Shown piece after piece: positions 19,394 to 29,116 of a DNA stretch of 64,000 nt. The stretch is taken from assembly GCA_049840735.1 (NCBI GenBank), contig JASGJN010000013.1, positions 672,001 to 736,000 on the forward strand, in the 5' to 3' direction. Made by a program: the position numbers and the translations under genes. Position 1 is the stretch's first letter. Every line of letters starts with the position of its first letter. Source of the stretch: Anaeromyxobacter sp. (GTDB taxonomy: Bacteria > Myxococcota > Myxococcia > Myxococcales > Anaeromyxobacteraceae). The notes beneath the pieces were generated by a model. That model was not told the origin of the DNA and did not search any database. It was given only the letters and a program-made list of their open reading frames with translations.

Positions 19394-21444
19394 CCGCGCC
19401 CCTTCACCGGGCGCTGTCACGCCTGCGCGGCACCGGCGACGCGCTCTTCGCGCTGGCGGTGGTGGGGGTGGTGCTGCTCCTGGTCACCCCGCTGCCGCCG
19501 GCGGCGCTGGACGCGCTGCTGGCGGTCAACCTGGCCCTGGCGACGGCCATCCTGGTGGTCACGCTGCTGGCGCGCGACGCGCTGGGGCTGGCCAGCTTCC
19601 CCTCGCTCCTGCTGCTCACCACGCTCTTCCGGCTGGCGCTCAACGTCTCCTCCACCCGGCTGGTGCTGGCCCACGGCCAGGCGGGCCGCGTCATCGAGGC
19701 CTTCGGGCGGGTGGTGGTGCAGGGCGACCACGTGGTGGGCGCGGTGGTCTACGCGGTCATCACGCTGGTGCAGCTGCTGGTGGTGGCGCGCGGCGCCGAG
19801 CGGGTGGCGGAGGTGGCCGCCCGGTTCACGCTGGACGCGCTGCCGGGGAAGCAGCTCTCCATCGACGCGGACCTGCGGGCCGGGGCCATCGACGCGGCCG
19901 AGGCCCGCCGCCGGCGGCGGGCGCTGGAGCGCGAGGGGCAGCTGCACGGCGCCATGGACGGCGCGCTCAAGTTCGTGAAGGGGGACGCCCTGGCAGGCGT
20001 GGCCATCGTCCTCGTCAACGTGGTGGGCGGGCTGGTGGCCGGGGCGGTGCGCGGGCTGCCCCTGGCCGAGGCGGCGCGCCGCTACACGCTGCTGGCCATC
20101 GGCGACGGGCTGGTCTCGCAGCTCCCGGCGCTGCTCATCTCGGTGGCGGCGGGCGTGGCGGTGACGCGGGTGGCGGGCGAGGAGGAGGGCGCGACCCTGG
20201 GGCGCGAGCTGGCCCGGCAGCTGGCCGCGGCCCCGGTCGCGCTGGCGGTGGTGGCCGGGCTCTTGGCGGCGCTGGCGCTGGCGCCGGGGCTGCCGGCCTT
20301 GCCCTTCCTGCTGCTGGCCGGCGCGCTCGGCGCCGCCGCGCACCGGCTGGCCCGGCGCGCGGGGGCGCCGGCGCGCGCCCGCGAGCTCCCGCCGGCCGCC
20401 GGGGCCGAGGAGCCGCTGGGCCCGCCCGCGCCGGTGGTGATCGCGCTCGCCCCCGACCTGCACGCCCGGGCCGCGGCCGGCCCGTTCACCACCGAGGGGC
20501 TGGCGGCGCTGCGGCGCGAGCTGTGGAGCGCGCTGGGGGTGCGGCTGCCGGCGGTGGCGGTGCGGGCGGTGGAGGCGCCGCCGGGCGCCTTCACGGTGCT
20601 GCTGGACGAGGTGCCGGCGGGTGGCGGCCAGGCGCCGGCCTCGGAGGTGGTGGTGCTGGCCCCGCCGGACGAGCTGGCCCTCCTCGCCATCCCGGCCGCG
20701 CCGGAGGCGGACCCGCTCTCCGGCCGCACCGTCTCGGTGGTCCCGGCCGGCGCGGCCGCGCGCGCCGCGGCGCTGGCGCCGGTGCGCGACCCGCTGGAGC
20801 GCGTGCTGGCCACCACCGCCGGCATCCTGCGCCGCCAGGCGCGCCACCTGGTGGGCGTCCAGGAGGTGCAGGCGCTGCTGGACGGGCTCGAGCCCGCCGC
20901 GCCGGCCCTGGTGCGCGAGATCTCCCGGCAGGTGCCGGCGCCGGTGCTGGCCGAGGTGCTCCGGCGTCTGCTGGAGGAGGGCGTCTCGATCCGCCCGCTG
21001 GCGCTGATCCTCGAGGCGGTGCTGGAGGCGGGGCCGGGCCGCGGTCCGGCCGCGCTGGCCGAGGCCTGCCGACGGGCGCTGCGGCGCCACCTGGCCCACG
21101 CGCACGCCTCCGGCGGCGTGCTCGCGGTGCTGCTGCTCGATCCGGCGGTGGAGCAGGAGCTGCGCGACGCGCTGGCGGGCGACCTCCTCGCGCTCGACCC
21201 GCGCGCGGCGGTCCGGATCCTCGACGCGCTGGCGGCCGAGCTATCGGCCGGCGGCGCACCGGCGGCGCTGCTCACCAGCCCCGACGTGCGGAGGCCGCTG
21301 CGCGGCCTGGTGGCGCCGCGCTTCCCGGCGCTGCCGGTGCTGGCCTACGACGAGCTGCCGCCCGAGCTGCCGGTCCGTCCACTGGGGCGGGTCGCGGCGA
21401 GCGGGCGGCTGGACGGCGCGGTGGAGGGAGGCTTGACGGTGTAG
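19390..21444 (+). CDS. sctV: Export apparatus SctV (FlhA family)
   Basis: FPSLLL.TTLFRLALNVSSTR, GAERVAEVAARFTLDA.PGKQ.SIDADL, GAMDGA.KFVKGDA, IGDGLVSQ.PALL. Confidence 0.95.
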   Translation: MTAPLHRALSRLRGTGDALFALAVVGVVLLLVTPLPPAALDALLAVNLALATAILVVTLLARDALGLASFPSLLLLTTLFRLALNVSSTRLVLAHGQAGRVIEAFGRVVVQGDHVVGAVVYAVITLVQLLVVARGAERVAEVAARFTLDALPGKQLSIDADLRAGAIDAAEARRRRRALEREGQLHGAMDGALKFVKGDALAGVAIVLVNVVGGLVAGAVRGLPLAEAARRYTLLAIGDGLVSQLPALLISVAAGVAVTRVAGEEEGATLGRELARQLAAAPVALAVVAGLLAALALAPGLPALPFLLLAGALGAAAHRLARRAGAPARARELPPAAGAEEPLGPPAPVVIALAPDLHARAAAGPFTTEGLAALRRELWSALGVRLPAVAVRAVEAPPGAFTVLLDEVPAGGGQAPASEVVVLAPPDELALLAIPAAPEADPLSGRTVSVVPAGAAARAAALAPVRDPLERVLATTAGILRRQARHLVGVQEVQALLDGLEPAAPALVREISRQVPAPVLAEVLRRLLEEGVSIRPLALILEAVLEAGPGRGPAALAEACRRALRRHLAHAHASGGVLAVLLLDPAVEQELRDALAGDLLALDPRAAVRILDALAAELSAGGAPAALLTSPDVRRPLRGLVAPRFPALPVLAYDELPPELPVRPLGRVAASGRLDGAVEGGLTV

Positions 21445-21587
21445 CCGCCCGGGACCTGTCGGAACCGAACGGTCGGCGTGAGGCCGTCCGCCCTGAGCGT
21501 AGCGAGCCCGCCCGGGCTCGCGGAGCCGAAGGGCAGGTGCAGTCTGGGCCGAGCGGAAAGCTCGAACGATTCCGGCAGCTCAGCGAC

Positions 21588-21968
21588 TCAGACGCCGGCG
21601 GCCACGGGCGGCGTGCCCTGGCCCTCGCCGTCGTCACCGTCGTCGGTGTCGTCGTGGTCGTCTGGATCGTTGTCCGGAGGCAGCGCGCCCTCGATCCGGT
21701 TCACGCGGTCGCGCAGCTCCTTGCCGGTCCGGAACAGGATGCCGCGCTTGGGCCGGACCGGGATGACCTCACCGGTCTTGGGATTGCGGCCCTGGTAGCC
21801 GTCGTAGTGCTTGACGTGGAACGCGCCAAGCCCGCGAATCTCGATGTTTTCTCCCTTGCACAGGGCGTCCTTCATCGAGTCGAAGATCGTCTCGATGGTG
21901 GCCTCGGCCTGCTTCTGGGTCACACCGCGCTTCACGACGAGGATGTTGATGAGATCCGACTTCAGCAT
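21588..21968 (-). CDS. HU/IHF family DNA-binding protein with acidic tail
   Basis: MLKSDLI, IEIRGLGAF, GRNPKTGE, F..GKELRDRVN. Confidence 0.92.
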   Translation of the reverse strand: MLKSDLINILVVKRGVTQKQAEATIETIFDSMKDALCKGENIEIRGLGAFHVKHYDGYQGRNPKTGEVIPVRPKRGILFRTGKELRDRVNRIEGALPPDNDPDDHDDTDDGDDGEGQGTPPVAAGV

Positions 21969-22106
21969 CGGCGCTCCAGATGTCGCAGGCAGGCCCGACC
22001 CCTGATCGGTGAGCCGCACGGATTGGGCAAGCCTAGCCCAAGCCTCTGAAATCAGCAAGGGTTCCACAGGTATGCGCACCGGGGTGGCGGGCGTCTGGAC
22101 CGGGAG

Positions 22107-23417
22107 TCAGGCTCCGGCCGCCTTCGACGGCGCCGGATTCCCCTCAGAAGCGGGGGAAATTGGCGCCACAGCCCGCTCAGGACTGTCCGGCAGCTCCCGG
22201 TCGATGAGCTCGCGGAAGGTCACCTCATCCAGCCGCTCGGCGGCCTGGTCGTCCACCTGCTTGAGGATCGAGGCCACCAGCACGTTCTCGTGCCCGGCGG
22301 GGGGCTCCTTGCCCAGCGCGGCCCGGCGGACGTCGAGGAGCGTGAGCTTCTCGAGCGGCCGCGCCGGCACCGCGCCGTTGTCGGCCAGCGACGCCACCAG
22401 CCCTGCGCCCCGCAGCCGCGAGAGCGCGTCGATCACCTCGTCGCCGTGCAGGCCGAGCTGGGTGGAGATCGCCAGCGCGTCGGGGGCGGGCTGCCCGGCG
22501 TCGAAGGCGCGGGCCACGGCCAGCAGCACGCGGTTGGCCAGCACCTCGCGCTCGAACTCCGACCGCTCCGCCGGCTTGCCGTTGATGACCACCGCCGCGT
22601 ACTGGATCACGTAGGCCAGCCGCGCGCCGAAGAGCACGATCGACCACGAGACGAACAGCCAGAGGATGAAGACCGGCACCGCCGCCACCGAGCCGTAGAC
22701 CGCGTTGTAGCGGATGGCCGTGCCGATGAGCAGCGCGTAGGCCCACTTGGCCGCCTCCCACACCACCGCGGCGGCGAAGCCGGCCGAGGCGGCGGGGCCG
22801 AGGCGGACCTTGGTGTTGGGGACGAGCAGGTACAGCGTGCCGAAGAAGAGCGTGGTGAGCAGGACCGCCGCGCCGTTGGCCAGCACCTTGAGGCCGGCGC
22901 TGGCCAGGTAGGCCTTGGCGGCGGCGCTGACCGAGACCGAGGCCGCCAGCAGGATGGGACCCAGCGTGAGCCCCACCCAGTAGAGCACCGCGGCCTGCCG
23001 CAGCGTGCGGCGCTTCCTGATGCCCCACACGTCGTTGATGGCCCCCTCGACGTGGCGGAAGAGCGAGACCGACGACCAGACCAGCAGCACCGCGCCGACC
23101 AGCCCGGCGCTGGTGGCCTGGGCGTTCTGGATGAACTTCTCCAGATAGGGCTGGATGGTGGCCTGGGCGCCGACGGCCAGGTTCTCGAACACGAAGTCGT
23201 GGACCCGGACGGCGATGCGGGCCATGCCGGTGAAGGCCTGGACCACCGAGAAGGCCACCACCAGCCCCGGCACCATGGCGAAGAGCGAGATGTAGGTGAG
23301 GGCCATGGCCCTCACCTGCACCGACTCGCCCTCGACCGCGCGCGCGGCAATCTCCAGCAGCCGCGCCCCGCGCGACACCCGCTGCAGCGAAGACCGGACC
23401 TGCGACTGCGTGGTCAT
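22107..23417 (-). CDS. YihY/BrkB family membrane protein with probable C-terminal winged-helix domain
   Basis: ALTY.SLFA.VP, IND.W, YNAVYGS.AA.P.F.LW..VSW.IVLFGA, PAR..E.LTL.DV. Confidence 0.88.
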   Translation of the reverse strand: MTTQSQVRSSLQRVSRGARLLEIAARAVEGESVQVRAMALTYISLFAMVPGLVVAFSVVQAFTGMARIAVRVHDFVFENLAVGAQATIQPYLEKFIQNAQATSAGLVGAVLLVWSSVSLFRHVEGAINDVWGIRKRRTLRQAAVLYWVGLTLGPILLAASVSVSAAAKAYLASAGLKVLANGAAVLLTTLFFGTLYLLVPNTKVRLGPAASAGFAAAVVWEAAKWAYALLIGTAIRYNAVYGSVAAVPVFILWLFVSWSIVLFGARLAYVIQYAAVVINGKPAERSEFEREVLANRVLLAVARAFDAGQPAPDALAISTQLGLHGDEVIDALSRLRGAGLVASLADNGAVPARPLEKLTLLDVRRAALGKEPPAGHENVLVASILKQVDDQAAERLDEVTFRELIDRELPDSPERAVAPISPASEGNPAPSKAAGA

Positions 23418-23479
23418 GGCCTGCCTCGCTCGCCTGTCCTGATCCGCCCGGAGGCCCGGGCGGATCCACGCCTCGCCGT

Positions 23480-26239
23480 TCAGCGCTTCTCCTCCACCGG
23501 GCCGGCGCTGGCCGGAGCCTCGGCCGCCGGCTGCTCGCCACGCCGCTCGTTCCGGTCGTTCCGGTCGCCGCGGTCGTTCCGGTCGCCGCGGTCGTTCCGG
23601 TCACCGCCGCGATCGCCGCGGTCGCTTCGCTCGCCGCGCTCGCCACCGCGCTCGCCACCGCGCTCGTTCCGCTCGCCGCCGCGGTCGCCGCGCTCACCGC
23701 CGCCGCGCTCACCGCCGCCGCGCTCACCGCCGCCGCGCTCACCGCCGCCGCGTTCACCGCCGCCGCGCTCGCCGCGATCGTTCCGGTCGCCGCGCCCGCC
23801 GCGATCGTTGCGGTTGCCGCGGTCGCGGTCGCGCCCGCCGCCGCGGTTCCGGTCGCGATCGCGATCCCGTCCGCCGCCGCCACCACCCTCGCGCCCACCA
23901 CCCTCGCGGCCGCCACCCTCGCGGCCTTCACGCCCGCCGCCCTCGCGCCCGCCGCCCTGGCCGCCGTTGGGCAGGTCGAGCCGCTCCTGGCGGCCGTAGA
24001 TGTCGAACTGCTCCTGGTGGTACCCGGACTGCACCTTCACCTGGATGGTCTTGTTGAACCGATCCATCAGGTAGCGCAGCTCCTCGCGCTCGGCGCCCTG
24101 GAGGATGCGCGCCACCTCGGGGTGGCAGTTCACCACCAGCACCGGCTCGTGGAAGTGCACCGCCTCGCGCCGGATCTCGCGGAAGACCTCGTAGGCGACG
24201 GTGATCTTCGACTTGATGTGCCCCTTGCCGTCGCAGTAGCCGCAGGGCTCGTTCATCACGCGCGTGACCGACTCGCGCACGCGCTTGCGCGTCATCTCCA
24301 CCAGGCCCAGCTCGGAGATCTTGAGGACGTTGGTCTTGGCCTTGTCCCGCCCCAGCGCGTCCTGCAAGGCCTTGAAGACCTTGTCGCGGTTCTGGGGTTT
24401 GTCCATGTCGATGAAGTCGATGATGATGATGCCGCCGATGTTGCGCAGCCGGAGCTGGTAGACGATCTCCTTGGCCGCCTCGACGTTGATCTTGGTGATC
24501 GTCTCCTCGAGGCTCTTCTTGCCGACGTAGCGGCCCGAGTTGACGTCGATGGCGGTGAGCGCCTCCGCCTGGTCGATGATGATGTAGCCGCCGGACTTGA
24601 GCCACACCTTGCGCTGCGAGGCGCGCTTGAGCTCCTGCTCGATGCCGTAGGCGTCGAGGATGGGCTCCTTCTCGGCGTAGCACTCGATCTGGCTCTCGAG
24701 GTGCGGCGCCTGCTCGCGCACGAAGCGCAGGATCCGCTCGTACTCGTCGCGGTCGTCGATGACCAGCTTGTGGACGTCGGCGGTGAAGAGGTCGCGGGTG
24801 GCGCGCAGGATCAGGTCGAGGTCGCCGTGCAGCAGCGCCGGCGCGGAGACCTTGTCCTTGGTCCGGATGATCTCGTTCCAGACCTGGATCAGGAAGCGGA
24901 TGTCGGCCTCGAGCTTGGAGGCCTCGACGCTCTCGGCCACGGTGCGGACGATGAAGCCGGTGCCCTCCGGGCGCATCCGGTCCACGATCTCGCGGAGCCG
25001 GCGACGCTCGCCGTCCTTCTCGATGCGGCGCGAGATGCCGATGTGATCGACGGTCGGCATGAAGACCATGTGCCGGCCGGGCAGGGAGATGTGGCTGGTG
25101 ATGCGGGCGCCCTTGGTGCCGATGGGATCCTTGGCGACCTGGACGATGACCTCCTGGCCCTCCTTGAGGAGGTCCTGGATGTTCTTGCCCTCCTTGCGCT
25201 TCTCGTCACGGTGGCCGTTCCGGCCGCCGTTGCGGTCGCGGTGGCCGTCGCGGCCGCCGTCGCGCCCCTTGCGATCGCCGCGCTCCTCGCGGCGGCGGTC
25301 ACCCCGCCCCTCGCGATCGCCGCGGGCCTCGCGGGCGGCGTCGCCACCCTTGGCCTGGATGCGGGCGCGCTCGGGCACGCCCTCGCCACCCTCGGCCACC
25401 GGCGCGGCCGCGGCGGAGCCGGTCTCGACCACCGGCGGAGCGGCCGGCGCGGCGACCTCGGCGACCTCGGCGACCTCGGCGACCTCGGCGACCTCGGCCG
25501 CCTCGGCGGGCGCGGGCGCGGCCGGCTCGTCGGCCAGCGGCGGCACCGGCAGGCCGGGGAGCGCCGGGACCGGCGCCATGGCCACGCCGCCCTGCGACAG
25601 CGAGATGGGCGAGAGCGGCAGCGGCGGCGGCTCGGCCAGCAGCGGCGCGTCCACCTCGGCCCCGGCCGCCTGGGCCTCCGCGGCGGCGCCGTCGGCGTCG
25701 GGCCCGGGCGCGGGCGCGTGGTCCAGCGGGACGTCCTCGAACGCGACCGGCGCGTCGGCCGGCCCCTCGCGCGGCACCGCCGCGGCGGGCTCGGACGGCG
25801 CCAGCGTCTCGGCGGTGTGGCCCGCCTCGGGCGAGGCCGCGGCCAGCTCGGCGTCCGCCGGGACCGCGGCGGCCACCGTCGCCGGCGCCTCGGCGGCCGC
25901 CTGCGCGCGCGCCTCGGCCTCCTCCGCCTCCTGCTCGGTCGGGACCTCGGGCACCTCGGCCCGGTGCTCGCCCTCGGTGAGCTCGAACTCCTCGGAGAAG
26001 TCCGGGTCGCCGTAGACGTCGCCGACGTACAGGAACGCGGCCTTCTCCAGGCCGATGTCCACGAACGCGGCCTGCATGCCGGGGAGCACCCGGACCACGC
26101 GGCCCTTGTAGATGTTGCCGACGATCCCCTTCTCGCGCTTCCGCTCGAGGTAGTACTCGTGGATCGTACCGCTCTCGACCAGCGCGACGCGCGTCTCCGC
26201 GCCAGCCGCGTTGATCACCAGGATGCTGTTGCCCGCCAT
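23480..26239 (-). CDS. rne: Rne/Rng family ribonuclease with long low-complexity regions
   Basis: GNIYKGRV.RVLPGMQAAFVDIG, QV.KDPIGTKGAR, L.SGG...I...EALT.IDVNSG, LRNIGGII.IDFIDM, C..C.G.G. Confidence 0.92.
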   Translation of the reverse strand: MAGNSILVINAAGAETRVALVESGTIHEYYLERKREKGIVGNIYKGRVVRVLPGMQAAFVDIGLEKAAFLYVGDVYGDPDFSEEFELTEGEHRAEVPEVPTEQEAEEAEARAQAAAEAPATVAAAVPADAELAAASPEAGHTAETLAPSEPAAAVPREGPADAPVAFEDVPLDHAPAPGPDADGAAAEAQAAGAEVDAPLLAEPPPLPLSPISLSQGGVAMAPVPALPGLPVPPLADEPAAPAPAEAAEVAEVAEVAEVAEVAAPAAPPVVETGSAAAAPVAEGGEGVPERARIQAKGGDAAREARGDREGRGDRRREERGDRKGRDGGRDGHRDRNGGRNGHRDEKRKEGKNIQDLLKEGQEVIVQVAKDPIGTKGARITSHISLPGRHMVFMPTVDHIGISRRIEKDGERRRLREIVDRMRPEGTGFIVRTVAESVEASKLEADIRFLIQVWNEIIRTKDKVSAPALLHGDLDLILRATRDLFTADVHKLVIDDRDEYERILRFVREQAPHLESQIECYAEKEPILDAYGIEQELKRASQRKVWLKSGGYIIIDQAEALTAIDVNSGRYVGKKSLEETITKINVEAAKEIVYQLRLRNIGGIIIIDFIDMDKPQNRDKVFKALQDALGRDKAKTNVLKISELGLVEMTRKRVRESVTRVMNEPCGYCDGKGHIKSKITVAYEVFREIRREAVHFHEPVLVVNCHPEVARILQGAEREELRYLMDRFNKTIQVKVQSGYHQEQFDIYGRQERLDLPNGGQGGGREGGGREGREGGGREGGGREGGGGGGRDRDRDRNRGGGRDRDRGNRNDRGGRGDRNDRGERGGGERGGGERGGGERGGGERGGGERGDRGGERNERGGERGGERGERSDRGDRGGDRNDRGDRNDRGDRNDRNERRGEQPAAEAPASAGPVEEKR
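23691..23765 (-). repeat. Coding 15-nt tandem repeat x5 (RGGGE) in RNase C-terminal tail
   Basis: CGCTCACCGCCGCCG units on + strand, one with a mismatch. Confidence 0.9.
25451..25495 (-). repeat. Coding 9-nt tandem repeat x5 (AEV) in RNase insertion
   Basis: GGCGACCTC x5 on + strand. Confidence 0.9.
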
Positions 26240-26425
26240 GGTTTTCCTCCCTCACCCCGGCCTGGCACGGGGAGAGAGAGGCCCCATGAAGCGGGCCACG
26301 ATCGCAGCTCACCCGGTGGTGCCGGGCGTCGCGGATCGGCTGTCGAGCTCGCGCTCAAAGCTTCGTCTCTCCTCGCGCCGGGCGGCCGCGACGGAGCGCG
26401 GCAACGGCGGGGCGCGTGTGTGTCC

Positions 26426-29116
26426 TCAGGCGTCCAGGTACCGAGGTGCGCGGGGCTGGCCGTCTCGCCGGCTCTGCCCGTTTCGCTCGAAGCTGACGCC
26501 CTCCTTCAAGACCTTCACTCCCTGCGGCGGCGAGCCGTCCCCGAAGATGGCCGCCAGCACCTCGGCTGGCTTGGCGCTCCCGGACGGATCCGCCTTCAGA
26601 CTGAACGCGACCACCCCCGGACCCTCGACCGCGAGGTGGGTCACGATGTCCTTCAAGTCTATCTCCCTTTGCTTGCGCGTCGCGACCTTCTGGTTGCGTC
26701 CCCGGCCCCTGTTCTTGGGGGGCGCCACCCGCGTCACCACGGCCTCGCCGGCCTCCTGGAAGGCCTCGACGCACCCCGTCAGATCGCCCTCGGCCCAGCT
26801 ATCCACTGGAAATTCCGCGCGATAATGAACGGCGCGCTGGGCCTCGCTGATGGACGCGGCCTTCGGGTCGAGGCCCTCGGCCTCCAGGACCTCCAGTCCG
26901 GGCGGCAGCTCCTGGGCAAGACGACGCATCACGTCAGCCGGGTCGGACGGCCCGATCAGCTCGAGATCCATGTGCTCGCACAGGCTCTCGATGCCCACGG
27001 GCAGCGCCGGCCCGAAGGAGACCCGGGGCTTGGGGTGGTAGCCCTGCGAGTAGGCGACCGGGAGGCCGGCGCGCCGGATGACCCGCAGCAGCGTGTGCAT
27101 GGTCTCGAGGTGCGAGAGCGCCACCAGCCGGCCGCGCTTGGCGTAGCGGACGCGGACGTGGGTGTGGAACGGCGGATCGGGTGGGCGCGGCGCCGGGGCC
27201 GGCTCCGGGACGTAGTCCTTCGCCTCGTAGGTCCGGTTCTTCACCACGTCGTAGTCGCAGGCGCCGCAGACGGTGCAGGGCTCGAGCACGCAGTCCGGCA
27301 CCTCGGCCAGGTTGCGCGCCGCCGCCAGCTGCTTCTGGAGGTAGGCCTTGGTGACGCCGCAGTCGATCCGGTCCCAGGGCAGGACCTCGTCCAGCCGGCG
27401 CCGGCGGTGGGCGTACCAGTCCAGCCCCACGCCGTGGACCTGCTCGCACTCCTCGAAGGCCAAGAGCCAGTTGCCCTCGTCGAACCACTCGCTCCAGCCG
27501 TCGAGCCGCTGCCCGCGCCGGTAGGCCGCCAGCACCGCGGTGCCGACGCGCCGGTCGCCCAGCGCCAGCGCGCCCTCGATCGACGACTGCCGCGAGTCGT
27601 GCGGCTTGAACTGGATGGCGCCGTTGCGGCCGCCCAGCGCGGCGGTGATGAGCCCCTGCCGGCGGCGGGTCTCGGCCGGCGCGATCATGGGCTCCCACTG
27701 GAAGGGCGTGAACGGCTTGGGCACGAAGGTGGAGGCGCCCAGGTGGATGGCGGCGGAGCCCTGCCCCTTGGGCAGCGTGCGGCGCGCCGTGGAGAGGCAG
27801 CGCTGGGCCAGCTCGGCGATGGCCACCACGTCCTCGTCCCGCTCCTCCGGCAGGCCGATCATGAAGTAGAGCTTGAGCAGCGACCAGCCGTTCTGGAACA
27901 CCGACTCCACCGCGCGGAGCAGGTCCGCCTCGCGGTTGCCCTTGTTGATCACCGCGCGCATGCGCTCGGTGGCCGCCTCCGGCGCCAGCGTGAACCCGGT
28001 CTTGCGGATTCGCGCGATCTTCTGCGCCAGCGCGTCGTTCATGGTCTCGGTGCGGAGCGAGGGCAGGCTCATGCCGATCTTCTCGCCCTCCCACCGCGCC
28101 AGGAAGTCGTCCAGGAGCCCGTTGAGCGGGGCGTAGTCGCCGGAGGAGAGCGAGAGCAGCCCCACCTCCTCGTAGCCGGAGGCCTTGAGCCCCACCTCCG
28201 CCAGCCGCAGGACCTCCTTCGGATCCCGCTGGCGCGTGGGGCGGGTGATCATGCCCACCTGGCAGAAGCGGCAGCCGCGCGTGCAGCCGCGCTGGATCTC
28301 GATGGGCAGCCGGTCGTGGATGGTCTGCATGAACGGCACCAGCGGCCGCGTGTAGGCGGTCGTCGGCAGCGCGTTCAGGTCGGGCATCACCCGCCGCTCC
28401 ACCTTCTCGTAGCCGGGGCGGAGCGGCTCCATGGCCGTCAGCACCCGCGAGACCGGGTCGTAGCGGGGGGCGAAGAAGGACGGGACGTAGACGCCGGGGA
28501 TGCGCGCCAGCCGCGTGAGCAGCTCGCGCCGCGTGGCGCCGCCGCGCCGGAAGCCGCTCTCGGCCACCGCCCGGGCGATCTCCAGCGCCACCTCCTCGCC
28601 CTCCCCCACCGCGAAGGCGTCGAAGAAGTCGGCCGCCGGCTCGGGGTTGAAGGCGCAGGGGCCGCCGCCCAGCACCAGCGGATCCTGGTCGCCGCGATCC
28701 GCCGCCAGGAGCGGGATGCCGGCCAGGTCGAGCATGGCCAGCGCGCTGGTGTAGGCCAGCTCGAACTGCAGCGTCATGCCCAGGACGTCGAAGTCCTTCA
28801 CCGGCACCCGCGACTCGAGCGTGAAGAGCGGCAGGCCGCGGCTCTTGAGCATCCCCTCCATGTCCGGCCAGGGCAGGAACACCCGCTCGCAGGCCACGTC
28901 CGGCTGGTCGTTGAGCAGGTGGTAGAGGAGGCGGAAGCCCAGGTTGGACATCCCCACCTCGTAGGTGTCCGGGAACGCCAGCGCGAAGCGCGTGCGGACG
29001 GCGCCGAGGTCCTTCACCACCGCGCCGAACTCGGCGCCGACGTAACGGGAGGGCTTCTGCGCGGCGAGCACGAGCTCGTCGAGCGCGGAGGAGTTGAGCG
29101 CGAGGGGAGTCGTCAT
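26426..29116 (-). CDS. TIGR03960-type radical SAM protein fused to TIGR03936-type C-terminal domain
   Basis: KPSRY.G.E, FPDTYEVGMSNLG, RGCTRGCRFC, KLYFMIGLP, FVPKPFTPFQW; C-terminal SHLE, YSQGYHPKP..SFG.ALP.G.ES. Confidence 0.9.
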   Translation of the reverse strand: MTTPLALNSSALDELVLAAQKPSRYVGAEFGAVVKDLGAVRTRFALAFPDTYEVGMSNLGFRLLYHLLNDQPDVACERVFLPWPDMEGMLKSRGLPLFTLESRVPVKDFDVLGMTLQFELAYTSALAMLDLAGIPLLAADRGDQDPLVLGGGPCAFNPEPAADFFDAFAVGEGEEVALEIARAVAESGFRRGGATRRELLTRLARIPGVYVPSFFAPRYDPVSRVLTAMEPLRPGYEKVERRVMPDLNALPTTAYTRPLVPFMQTIHDRLPIEIQRGCTRGCRFCQVGMITRPTRQRDPKEVLRLAEVGLKASGYEEVGLLSLSSGDYAPLNGLLDDFLARWEGEKIGMSLPSLRTETMNDALAQKIARIRKTGFTLAPEAATERMRAVINKGNREADLLRAVESVFQNGWSLLKLYFMIGLPEERDEDVVAIAELAQRCLSTARRTLPKGQGSAAIHLGASTFVPKPFTPFQWEPMIAPAETRRRQGLITAALGGRNGAIQFKPHDSRQSSIEGALALGDRRVGTAVLAAYRRGQRLDGWSEWFDEGNWLLAFEECEQVHGVGLDWYAHRRRRLDEVLPWDRIDCGVTKAYLQKQLAAARNLAEVPDCVLEPCTVCGACDYDVVKNRTYEAKDYVPEPAPAPRPPDPPFHTHVRVRYAKRGRLVALSHLETMHTLLRVIRRAGLPVAYSQGYHPKPRVSFGPALPVGIESLCEHMDLELIGPSDPADVMRRLAQELPPGLEVLEAEGLDPKAASISEAQRAVHYRAEFPVDSWAEGDLTGCVEAFQEAGEAVVTRVAPPKNRGRGRNQKVATRKQREIDLKDIVTHLAVEGPGVVAFSLKADPSGSAKPAEVLAAIFGDGSPPQGVKVLKEGVSFERNGQSRRDGQPRAPRYLDA

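Noticed and set aside
15337..21444. Flagellar export operon
   Set aside because: The ring protein is a short lipoprotein of SctJ type, not FliF; no rod, hook, flagellin or motor genes in the window
23540..23780. CRISPR-like repeats
   Set aside because: Contiguous in-frame coding repeats without unique spacers; no cas genes
26426..29116. Radical SAM next to Rne/Rng as a novel system
   Set aside because: This neighbourhood is already a recognised, widespread arrangement
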